Part shown: one piece after another, positions 21,486-29,308 of the stretch
How the letters are laid out: each line of letters begins with the position of its first letter
Numbering within the stretch: position 1 is the first letter of the stretch
NCBI GenBank assembly: GCA_964447495.1
Contig: CAYUTF010000001.1
Span: 116,400-180,399 of the forward strand
DNA length: 64,000 nucleotides
Reading direction: 5' to 3'
Source: an uncultured archaeon
Lineage (GTDB): Archaea; Asgardarchaeota; Lokiarchaeia; Sigyniarchaeales; SOKP01
Notes under the pieces: model-generated
Told to the model about the DNA's origin: nothing
Databases searched by the model: none
The model's input: the letters and a program-made list of their open reading frames with translations, nothing else
Position numbers and translations under genes: made by a program

Positions 21486-21854
21486 TCAACAGCCTACATC
21501 TGGTTGTAATTGAATTTCACTCTCGGGATATACGTTGAATTCGATATTATCCCTAATTGGATTGAATTTCTGCATAATACCATTCTCATCTGGGGCATAT
21601 GCATATATTCCAACATCTTCATATATCGAATTCGTTTCAAAATTTACTAATAGTTGCATATAATTATGAATATACCCCTCATTAATCGGAAATATTGTCG
21701 TCTCTGAATTCATTGCTTCGATTTTATCGACCATTGCTAAGCATTCTAAAAAGGAGGCATCCTCTTTTATGTTGATCGTATACTTCTTCCCTTTTTGAAG
21801 TCCCTTTATTGGGAGACTTATTTCAAATTTAATTGTTTTCATATTTTCCCTCAT
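21486..21854 (-). CDS. Small hypothetical protein, possible ubiquitin/MoaD-like beta-grasp fold, ending PDVGC
   Basis: Strand-strand-helix pattern with a C-terminal EIQLQPDVGC, like MoaD/SAMP IxLxPPVxGG. Directly downstream of the ferredoxin. Confidence 0.55.
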   Translation of the reverse strand: MRENMKTIKFEISLPIKGLQKGKKYTINIKEDASFLECLAMVDKIEAMNSETTIFPINEGYIHNYMQLLVNFETNSIYEDVGIYAYAPDENGIMQKFNPIRDNIEFNVYPESEIQLQPDVGC

Positions 21855-21877
21855 TTTAATAAATATTATTAAATTAT

Positions 21878-22198
21878 TTAGCTACAGCAAGAACCGTTCT
21901 TTTTTGTTATTCTTTGTCGAGCATCCCAAAGGCATCCGCATCCTTTTTGTTCAAACATACTTATAGCACCTACAGGACAATTTCTCTTACATGCACTACA
22001 CTCCGTACATAATGCTGGATCACTAATTCTATATTTATTATTAGCTTTTTTTTGCGGAAGTCCAAATGGACATACTTCGGCACAAACCCCACATCCGATG
22101 CAAATTGATGTTATTATTGAAATGCGGATATTGTTTAATGAAGGGATGCTACAACAGGAATTTTTTTCTAATTGCTTTATATTTATCTTTTCAATCAT
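21878..22198 (-). CDS. HgcB-like 2[4Fe-4S] ferredoxin
   Basis: Two CxxCxxCxxxCP motifs, GCGC after the second cluster, C-terminal vicinal CC and an extra N-terminal CC. Follows the HgcA-like gene. Confidence 0.85.
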   Translation of the reverse strand: MIEKINIKQLEKNSCCSIPSLNNIRISIITSICIGCGVCAEVCPFGLPQKKANNKYRISDPALCTECSACKRNCPVGAISMFEQKGCGCLWDARQRITKKNGSCCS

Positions 22199-22223
22199 AA
22201 TTGATTTTCCTATAATTTTTAAT

Positions 22224-23906
22224 TTAAATTAATAAAATGCTAATTAATGAAGATATGACGCTAATAACCAATAAAATTTTATTAACTTTTGTAAATAAAC
22301 CATATTCTTCTTGAATTTCTCTTGGACTGGTACTCATTGAATATCCACTAAAGGACATCGTAGAAAAAAAGGAAATCCAAAATATCATAGGCGTATTTAA
22401 TAAAATATATGCGAAAGGCTTTTGTAATATCCAAAAAGTTCCTCCTAAGATTATAATGGTAATGATACCAAACACTAATCCTTTTAAGATAAATTTTCTG
22501 GTGAAATTTGAAAGGGGAAATAAAAATGAAATAATCAAATTTGAAGTAATAATCCATAAAATGAAATCTATCACCCAATATAGTTTATTGAACCAAGGGA
22601 ATACTACTAAAAAAATAATTAGTGATGCAATAATAGGATAAAAAAATACTTTTCTTAATAAGAAAGTGGTATGTGTTATGAAGGCTCTTGTTCTATGGAA
22701 TATATTAAATTTTGCAAGCTTCATATTTGCTGGTTTTTGAACGGGCTTATTTTTTAGATATTCTGGTATATATTTTGACCATATAGGTCCATATTTAGCT
22801 TTGAATGGAAAATTTTTTGATTTCTTTGATAGATTTGGCATTGAAACGCCTCCTGCGGAAAGTTGAGGAAGCAATAATAGTTCATTTTTTGTATAATTTT
22901 GAACTCCCGTCGCTTCAATGGCTTCAAGAACCTGTTGGTTGCCGAAATCATTACCTCTAGCAGCACACCATACATTAATACCATTTGTATCAATAACTAA
23001 GACCCATACATCAATATCTTTTAAATCTCTCATTACCTTAATGTATGTAAAATCATAGTTAGCAGTGACAATTATAGGTGATTTCCTTGTTGGATTTCCA
23101 GATTGATATATTCCTGGTTCAATAGGAACTCTATCGATTTGACCAGTGAATATACACCTAAATATTCTAAATTGAGATAAAATACCTTTATATTTTTTCA
23201 TTTTGGGTTGATAGTAGCCAGGTTCTTCTTTTCCTTCATTATTAAATTTCACTAATTCAATTACTTGAATCGAATTATGCTTCCAAGTCTTTTTATCAGT
23301 AATCTTGAACCCAATCGGGTTTAAATAGTTAAAAAAATATTTATTGAGTTGTGTATTTTTCAAGCGATATCTTCGGATTTTCTTTTTATATCGCCACCTT
23401 CTTAGACTAAAACCTATTTTCCAAATCCCTAAGGGCATAAATTCGGTAGCAATTATTAAACGCCCTCCTTTTTTTAGGATTTTCCACACATTCCGCAGAA
23501 AAATTTGTTGTTCTAAAGGCCTAAGTTCAGAAAGCATAAAAGTACTGATTACTAAATCCTGTGAACTGTGAAAGACAGTCAAGTTATTAAAAGAGCCAAT
23601 CTGATAAAGTAGTTTTCCTGCTATATCACTTGGATAATTAGCCATCGCATAATTAATCATTTGAAAATTTTTATCAATTGCTATTACATTTTTTCCTTTT
23701 TGTTTCGCAATTCTAGCGGCTAATGTACCTGGACCGCAGCCTATCTCAAAAATTGAATTATCATTATTAATACGGTCTATTATCCAATCATTTATCTCAA
23801 GGTTTATTCCTTTAGTTAGATTTGTGAACTCTTGCTCGTAAGTTTCAGGTTCCTCTTCTAACTTTTTCATATAAGTTACTGCCATAATTCTCAGATCATA
23901 ATTCAT
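22224..23906 (-). CDS. Class I SAM methyltransferase fused to an HgcA-like corrinoid-binding domain and TM helices
   Basis: N-terminal FEIGCGPG. Then EPGIY..G.P...SP.IVTANY..T, DT.GINVWCAARG (cap-helix variant), LLLPQLSA.GV, YGP and about 5 C-terminal TM helices. Confidence 0.88.
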   Translation of the reverse strand: MNYDLRIMAVTYMKKLEEEPETYEQEFTNLTKGINLEINDWIIDRINNDNSIFEIGCGPGTLAARIAKQKGKNVIAIDKNFQMINYAMANYPSDIAGKLLYQIGSFNNLTVFHSSQDLVISTFMLSELRPLEQQIFLRNVWKILKKGGRLIIATEFMPLGIWKIGFSLRRWRYKKKIRRYRLKNTQLNKYFFNYLNPIGFKITDKKTWKHNSIQVIELVKFNNEGKEEPGYYQPKMKKYKGILSQFRIFRCIFTGQIDRVPIEPGIYQSGNPTRKSPIIVTANYDFTYIKVMRDLKDIDVWVLVIDTNGINVWCAARGNDFGNQQVLEAIEATGVQNYTKNELLLLPQLSAGGVSMPNLSKKSKNFPFKAKYGPIWSKYIPEYLKNKPVQKPANMKLAKFNIFHRTRAFITHTTFLLRKVFFYPIIASLIIFLVVFPWFNKLYWVIDFILWIITSNLIISFLFPLSNFTRKFILKGLVFGIITIIILGGTFWILQKPFAYILLNTPMIFWISFFSTMSFSGYSMSTSPREIQEEYGLFTKVNKILLVISVISSLISILLI

Positions 23907-24936
23907 TGCTTTGATTTTGTGATTTCCAAAATCCTTTCTTCATTAAATATCTCCCTAAGTATACTATAGAGAGCATTACCGGGACTTCCCAGAAGAGACC
24001 CATGGTTGTTCCTAATGCTGCCACAGATCCAATCCCATACATTGCAATAGCAGTTGCGATTGCAATCTCAAAATGACTCGATGAACCGATAATTACTGTG
24101 ATTATTGCTTCTCTATATCGTAATTTGAATACTTTAGTTATGATTACATTATATAATACAACAATAACAAATCCAAGCAATAGAGGTGCTGAAACCAATA
24201 ATAGGAGGTCAGGGTTAGTAATTAGGACATTCCCATTCAATGAAAAGAGTACGATTAAGGTTACTAATAATGCGCCAATAGATACCTTTCCCACAAATGG
24301 ACGATAGGAGTTATTAAACCACTCATCTCCCTTAGTTGATATAATTAATCTCTTAGAGATTATACCTAATAGTAATGGAATACCGATAAAAACTATAAGA
24401 GATATTAGAAGCAACATAACGTCAATAGGGATATTTTGAATACCCGTGAGTAATGATACCATGCCCACATATAAAAAGATAATAGTTATGGTATTTAAAC
24501 TGGTATTAACTACATTCTGTTCTTGATTTCCACGAGCCATCCACCCCCATACAAGTACCATCGCAGTACATGGGGAACTTGATAATAAAATAACTGCAAC
24601 AGATAATTGTTCATTTCCTTGTAAAAATAGCTTCACCATGGCAAGCCCTACAAAGGGGGCAACTAACCAATTAGAAACTAATGTTAAAATTATTGGTTTT
24701 GGATTTTTACCTAACTTTTTTAACTCGGATGCTTGTAGATTGAGCATCGCAGGATACATCATTAAAAATAAACATATGCCTATAGGAATGGATATTTGTC
24801 CAATTTTTAATGAATCAATAGCTTGACTTATTTGTGGTACGAGTTGAGAAAGTAAAATTCCAATGAAGATACATAAGGCAACCCATAATGGGAGAAATTT
24901 TTCGAAATAACCAATTTTTTTCTCATCCTTACTCAT
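23896..24936 (-). CDS. acr3: Acr3-family arsenite efflux transporter
   Basis: LFLMMYP, SNW, SPCTAMVLVW (conserved Cys), FEIAIATA and EVPVML motifs. Confidence 0.93.
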   Translation of the reverse strand: MSKDEKKIGYFEKFLPLWVALCIFIGILLSQLVPQISQAIDSLKIGQISIPIGICLFLMMYPAMLNLQASELKKLGKNPKPIILTLVSNWLVAPFVGLAMVKLFLQGNEQLSVAVILLSSSPCTAMVLVWGWMARGNQEQNVVNTSLNTITIIFLYVGMVSLLTGIQNIPIDVMLLLISLIVFIGIPLLLGIISKRLIISTKGDEWFNNSYRPFVGKVSIGALLVTLIVLFSLNGNVLITNPDLLLLVSAPLLLGFVIVVLYNVIITKVFKLRYREAIITVIIGSSSHFEIAIATAIAMYGIGSVAALGTTMGLFWEVPVMLSIVYLGRYLMKKGFWKSQNQSNEL

Positions 24937-24977
24937 TATTCATCAAGGATTTCAAATCTTTGATCATATATAAACTT

Positions 24978-24995
24978 AATCGACATATATCGATT
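24978..24995. promoter_or_regulatory. Putative ArsR operator AATCGA-N6-TCGATT
   Basis: Perfect 6-bp inverted repeat between divergent acr3 and arsR. It abuts a minus-strand TTTATATA box (24967-24974) about 30 nt upstream of the acr3 ATG. Confidence 0.55.
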
Positions 24996-25085
24996 TGGGG
25001 GAATAGAGACTTGGTAATAGCTTAAATTTATATTTATCGATGTATTTAATATTATAGAGAATAAAAAAATATAGGAAATTTTAAT

Positions 25086-25475
25086 ATGAAACCCCAGAGA
25101 ATTCCTGAAATTAAAAAAATGTTGTGCTCTTGTCAAGAATGTTACGAAACAAACGGATATTTCACACAATTACATGATTTAGGGAAATCTTTAAATCAGA
25201 ATGAGAATTTAAATAGACTCATTATGTTTGCTTCAGCTTTATCTTCAAAAGACCGATTGATTATCCTTAGGACTTTAAAGGGAAGAGACAAATGTGTATG
25301 TGAATTAGAAGTAGTGTTAAACAAATCTCAATCTACTATTTCACATCATATTGGGAAGCTTTTAACTGCTGGCTTAATTGAAGGGTATAAAAAAGGGAAC
25401 TTCACTTATTATCACCTTTTAGAGGACAATTTAAAAAGTCAAATAGAAATATTAAATAAAGAGCTTCAAGTTTAA
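25086..25475 (+). CDS. arsR: ArsR/SmtB-family metalloregulator
   Basis: R..IL..L...KCVCEL...SQSTISHH..L..AGLI, with the As(III)-type CVC motif and an extra N-terminal CSCQEC. Confidence 0.9.
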   Translation: MKPQRIPEIKKMLCSCQECYETNGYFTQLHDLGKSLNQNENLNRLIMFASALSSKDRLIILRTLKGRDKCVCELEVVLNKSQSTISHHIGKLLTAGLIEGYKKGNFTYYHLLEDNLKSQIEILNKELQV

Positions 25476-25520
25476 TACTATAAAATTAACTAATAAAAGT
25501 ATAAATAATAGATTAAAGTA

Positions 25521-27776
25521 TTAGACTGGTTTTAATTTTTGCTTAGATTCAATATTTTTACTAATTGCCTCTTTTGTGAAAAGAAAAGGAATATACTTTC
25601 CCGTGACCCATAATTTGATTAAATCTTTATAGTGTTTATGAAAGGGAAGACCAGATTGTCCACCTGGAAGAGCTCCAATGGAATTATCCCAGTTGGATAG
25701 ATCATGAATTTGGCGATAAGAGGGTCCAGATATCACGTTAAAATTATCAGAAGGATCATATGAACCGGGATTTAGAGTGTTTCCATCTCCTCCTAATTTA
25801 AAAGGACCAGCATTTAAAATTTTAGCTTCTTTATTAGCACTGGAAAAAGGGTGTTCTAGTGTGAATTTGTGAAGATTCCCCCATGCCCACTTTTCAGGTT
25901 TAGAACCATATGAAGTAGTTAAATATTCTATGGTATTTTCTAATGCATTAAGAAGAATTTTTGAAATTTTATCCTCATTATTCATAAAATATAAGTCCCA
26001 AATACGTTTTAAGTCGAATGGCCTGCTGCCGGCGAACATTTGGAAAACATTTTTACCAATTAATGGTTCAAGTATAGCTTTTTGAGTTTTATGATGCCAA
26101 ATCTTAAAAAGAGTACCAGCGATGCTATTTTTAGTTAAAAAATAGTCCCAATTTTCTAAATAGGATATGATTTCTCTATAATTATTTAGGTTTTTATTTT
26201 TTTTTAAGAATGTGAGCATAATTGGTAATAATTCTGCTGCTTCTTCCGTATATCTATCAAGTTGAAAAACTTTAAAATCTTCAATGGAGAAGATGGTTTT
26301 TGATTGGAGTAATTTCTTTAATCTTACTTGTCTATAGGGAGATATTTGGTCTTCACCAATTAATAATCCATTTGGAGATTTTTCTTCATTATAATTCGCG
26401 GTATATACAAATCCACATTCTGGATTATAGAGAGAAAATAGTTGATCAAATGATGAAATTCCTTTCCAATCATATTTTTCATCATTTCCTTGATTTATGA
26501 CTGCTCCATTTCCATATTTTCTTACCGGAATTTTACCACCGTGTTGATGCCCTATATTACCTGCAACATCACCGTAAATAAAGTTTTGTGGATTTATAGT
26601 TATATATGCTAAAGCTTCTCGAAATTCTTGCCAATTTGAAGCGACATTTACCCCCTTAAACCCTTTTAAATTATTGATAAGGTTAGCATCAGAGCTTGAC
26701 CATTTTAAAGCATATTTACCCGGAATAAAAAATTGAAATATTCGATCATATCCTTCAAAAAAATTAATTACAGGACCAAATTTGCTTATTAATATAGGAT
26801 AAGTTATTGGTTTTGATTTTCCTTTCAAATAAATGATTTCTTCTCTAATTTCAAAATCAATCCAATTACCATTATATTTATATTGATGTTCATTTTCAGG
26901 ATTTATTTCTAATTTAAATAAATCTGTTGTATCCGCCATTACATTTGTAAGCCCCCAGGCAATTTTATCGTTATGACCTATTATAACTGCTGGCGCACCG
27001 GGAAGAGAGGTACCAATTACATTAAGACCGGGACAATTCAAATGGATTAAAAACCATAAAGCTGGATTTGTTAAGGGAAGATGTGGATCGTTAGCTAGTA
27101 ATACTGATTTTGATCTTGACTTTTTTGGGCTTACTGCCCAAGCATTACTACCTAAAGATTCATTAACATTCATTTCTGAATCAATTGGAATAATTTTATT
27201 GGCAGTTTCTTTTCCAAGTTTAGATAAGATATGTTCTCGCAGGATTTCATAGGGATAATTCCAACTGCTTAGTGACCATTCAATCATGCTAATAATTTTA
27301 AAAGTATCTTCAAATTTCCATTCCTTAGGCTTAAAATTTAGTATATGAAATTCGATTGGTAGATTTTCTTGCACATCTTCAATTCGTTTATTCACACCTT
27401 TAACATATGCATCCATGAATTTATAATCTTCAGAATTCTTATTCTTTTCAATATTTTGAGCACATTTTTGAGCAATTTGATATAAACTAATTTCTCTATA
27501 ATGTTTATCACTCAACAAAGAGCTTTCTCCTGTGATTTCAGAAAGAGTTCCTGATACTAATCTTTTGAAGGTTTCCATTTGCCATAATCTATGACTTGCA
27601 TGGATATAACCTTGAGTGAAATAGAGATCATATATATTTTCGGCAAAAATGTGAGGAATACCCCATTTATCCCATAAAATTTCCACATTTGCTTTTAATC
27701 CATTAATTTTTTCTTCTTCTTGCATGGATGGAAAAGATTTTTTAGCGATTTCTAATAATTCTTCCATAAATTTCAC
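25521..27776 (-). CDS. Penicillin acylase family Ntn-hydrolase
   Basis: DKWGIPHIFA, GSNAWAV (catalytic Ser), LANDPHL and PGGQSG motifs. Confidence 0.92.
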   Translation of the reverse strand: MKFMEELLEIAKKSFPSMQEEEKINGLKANVEILWDKWGIPHIFAENIYDLYFTQGYIHASHRLWQMETFKRLVSGTLSEITGESSLLSDKHYREISLYQIAQKCAQNIEKNKNSEDYKFMDAYVKGVNKRIEDVQENLPIEFHILNFKPKEWKFEDTFKIISMIEWSLSSWNYPYEILREHILSKLGKETANKIIPIDSEMNVNESLGSNAWAVSPKKSRSKSVLLANDPHLPLTNPALWFLIHLNCPGLNVIGTSLPGAPAVIIGHNDKIAWGLTNVMADTTDLFKLEINPENEHQYKYNGNWIDFEIREEIIYLKGKSKPITYPILISKFGPVINFFEGYDRIFQFFIPGKYALKWSSSDANLINNLKGFKGVNVASNWQEFREALAYITINPQNFIYGDVAGNIGHQHGGKIPVRKYGNGAVINQGNDEKYDWKGISSFDQLFSLYNPECGFVYTANYNEEKSPNGLLIGEDQISPYRQVRLKKLLQSKTIFSIEDFKVFQLDRYTEEAAELLPIMLTFLKKNKNLNNYREIISYLENWDYFLTKNSIAGTLFKIWHHKTQKAILEPLIGKNVFQMFAGSRPFDLKRIWDLYFMNNEDKISKILLNALENTIEYLTTSYGSKPEKWAWGNLHKFTLEHPFSSANKEAKILNAGPFKLGGDGNTLNPGSYDPSDNFNVISGPSYRQIHDLSNWDNSIGALPGGQSGLPFHKHYKDLIKLWVTGKYIPFLFTKEAISKNIESKQKLKPV

Positions 27777-27973
27777 GAGTATTTTGTAAATTTAAAATGT
27801 GTAATGAATTATATTATGATTTTTTGTAATTTAAAGATCTTTTATAGTATAATTAAATTTAAAGAATTTTATCTAAATAAAGCAATAAACAAATGATATT
27901 TGATTCCTTTCAATCGCTAAATATATATGCCTTAATTACCATGTAGATAATATTCAAAATAATTCCGAAGATA

Positions 27974-29248
27974 TTGTTGAATTTCATTATGGATGACGAT
28001 AATACAAATTTTGACAGTACACAGTTTCTTAAAGTTATCAATTCAATAGAGATTCGAATTGAAAGAGAAGATATATTTTATCGGGAGAAATATAATGACA
28101 TTATGAATTATTTTAAGGTAATGTTAACCGAAAATACCAACGCTTTAATCAATGATTACTCAAAAATAATTAATCTAAAGGGCGTACTATTAATCAACAT
28201 TGGTCAAAATAGTGATATCAATGATTTCTTAAAACTAATATGCAAAAACTATTACCTAGACTTTATTGAATTAAATTATGAAAAAGTTTATTTTAATCAA
28301 GAAGTTTTCCTACAAAATTTTAATGCGATTATGGAAAATATCATAAGTATAGAAACTAATAATAAAAAACCTAAAGATGATAATGATAATTCCTTAAATA
28401 TGGAATATGAATCTCATATAAAAAAATTAATAATAATTGATGAACACAAGCTGAAATTAAGGTCAAATAAAGAAATAAATCTCTTGGAAGTTTTTATAAA
28501 TTCTAAATTTAGTGAGAGAAATTTTATTGAGAGTAAAACCATATTAATTTGGATTAATGATTTAATGGAAAAGGTAGCTCGAAATTCGCAAAAGATATTC
28601 AATATTTTTGATCTTTTTATTAACATTCCTGCTTTAGACCAAGTCGAAAGAGAAGCTGTTTTAAGGCATTTTTCCGAAGTATTTCCAAAGATTGTATTTG
28701 ATCTTGATATGATGGTTAATTATACTAAATTTTGGGAAGTAAATGACATCAAAAATTTAATAAAATTAGGAATTTTTAAGCATTTTCTTAAATCTGAATT
28801 GAATGAAAAGTCAAATGAAATTACTGATTTACTAATTGAGTTAATTGAGTCAAGGGAATTCATTCCTTCAATAAATTTTGATACAAAAAATAATCAATTA
28901 ATCATAAGTGAAAATCATTTAATCCAAAAGCAAAATAAAGGTAATATAAAAATGATGGATATGAAATATGTTGAAGAAATTAACACATATCTCGAAGAAA
29001 TAAAAGGTGAAACCATTTCGGATTTTATGCTTAGCCAATTATATGAAAATGCAGCTTCAAAAAATTATAAAGAATTACAAATAATTATAGAGAAAATTAA
29101 TAAAGGGGAAATTCTCGAAGAAAATGATAGGTTGATTTTAGCAAGATATCCCTTTATCTTAAATGAAAATCCTAATAAAGCTTTAATAGCCCTTGAAAAA
29201 GCAAAAAAAACAATTAGTCGAATAAGTCAGATATTTAGAAAAGTATAA
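27974..29248 (+). CDS. Degenerate AAA+-like protein (Walker A lost)
   Basis: KGVLLINIGQNS at the Walker A position, LIIIDE Walker B, and FDLFINIPALDQVEREAVL lid motif. The start may be ATG 27989. Confidence 0.55.
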   Translation: MLNFIMDDDNTNFDSTQFLKVINSIEIRIEREDIFYREKYNDIMNYFKVMLTENTNALINDYSKIINLKGVLLINIGQNSDINDFLKLICKNYYLDFIELNYEKVYFNQEVFLQNFNAIMENIISIETNNKKPKDDNDNSLNMEYESHIKKLIIIDEHKLKLRSNKEINLLEVFINSKFSERNFIESKTILIWINDLMEKVARNSQKIFNIFDLFINIPALDQVEREAVLRHFSEVFPKIVFDLDMMVNYTKFWEVNDIKNLIKLGIFKHFLKSELNEKSNEITDLLIELIESREFIPSINFDTKNNQLIISENHLIQKQNKGNIKMMDMKYVEEINTYLEEIKGETISDFMLSQLYENAASKNYKELQIIIEKINKGEILEENDRLILARYPFILNENPNKALIALEKAKKTISRISQIFRKV

Positions 29249-29308
29249 AATGTAATTTTTCAACTTTAAGCTTTTAAATTTTAAAATTACCTGAAAAGGG
29301 GGATCAAA

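Noticed and set aside
22224-23906. Calling this gene canonical hgcA or arsM
   Set aside because: The cap helix is NVWCAARG rather than N(V/I)WCA(A/G)GK and a methyltransferase is fused. The methyltransferase domain lacks the multiple As-binding cysteines of ArsM.
24936-25169. 77-aa minus-strand ORF upstream of acr3
   Set aside because: It overlaps arsR antisense and the divergent promoter, so it is a shadow ORF.
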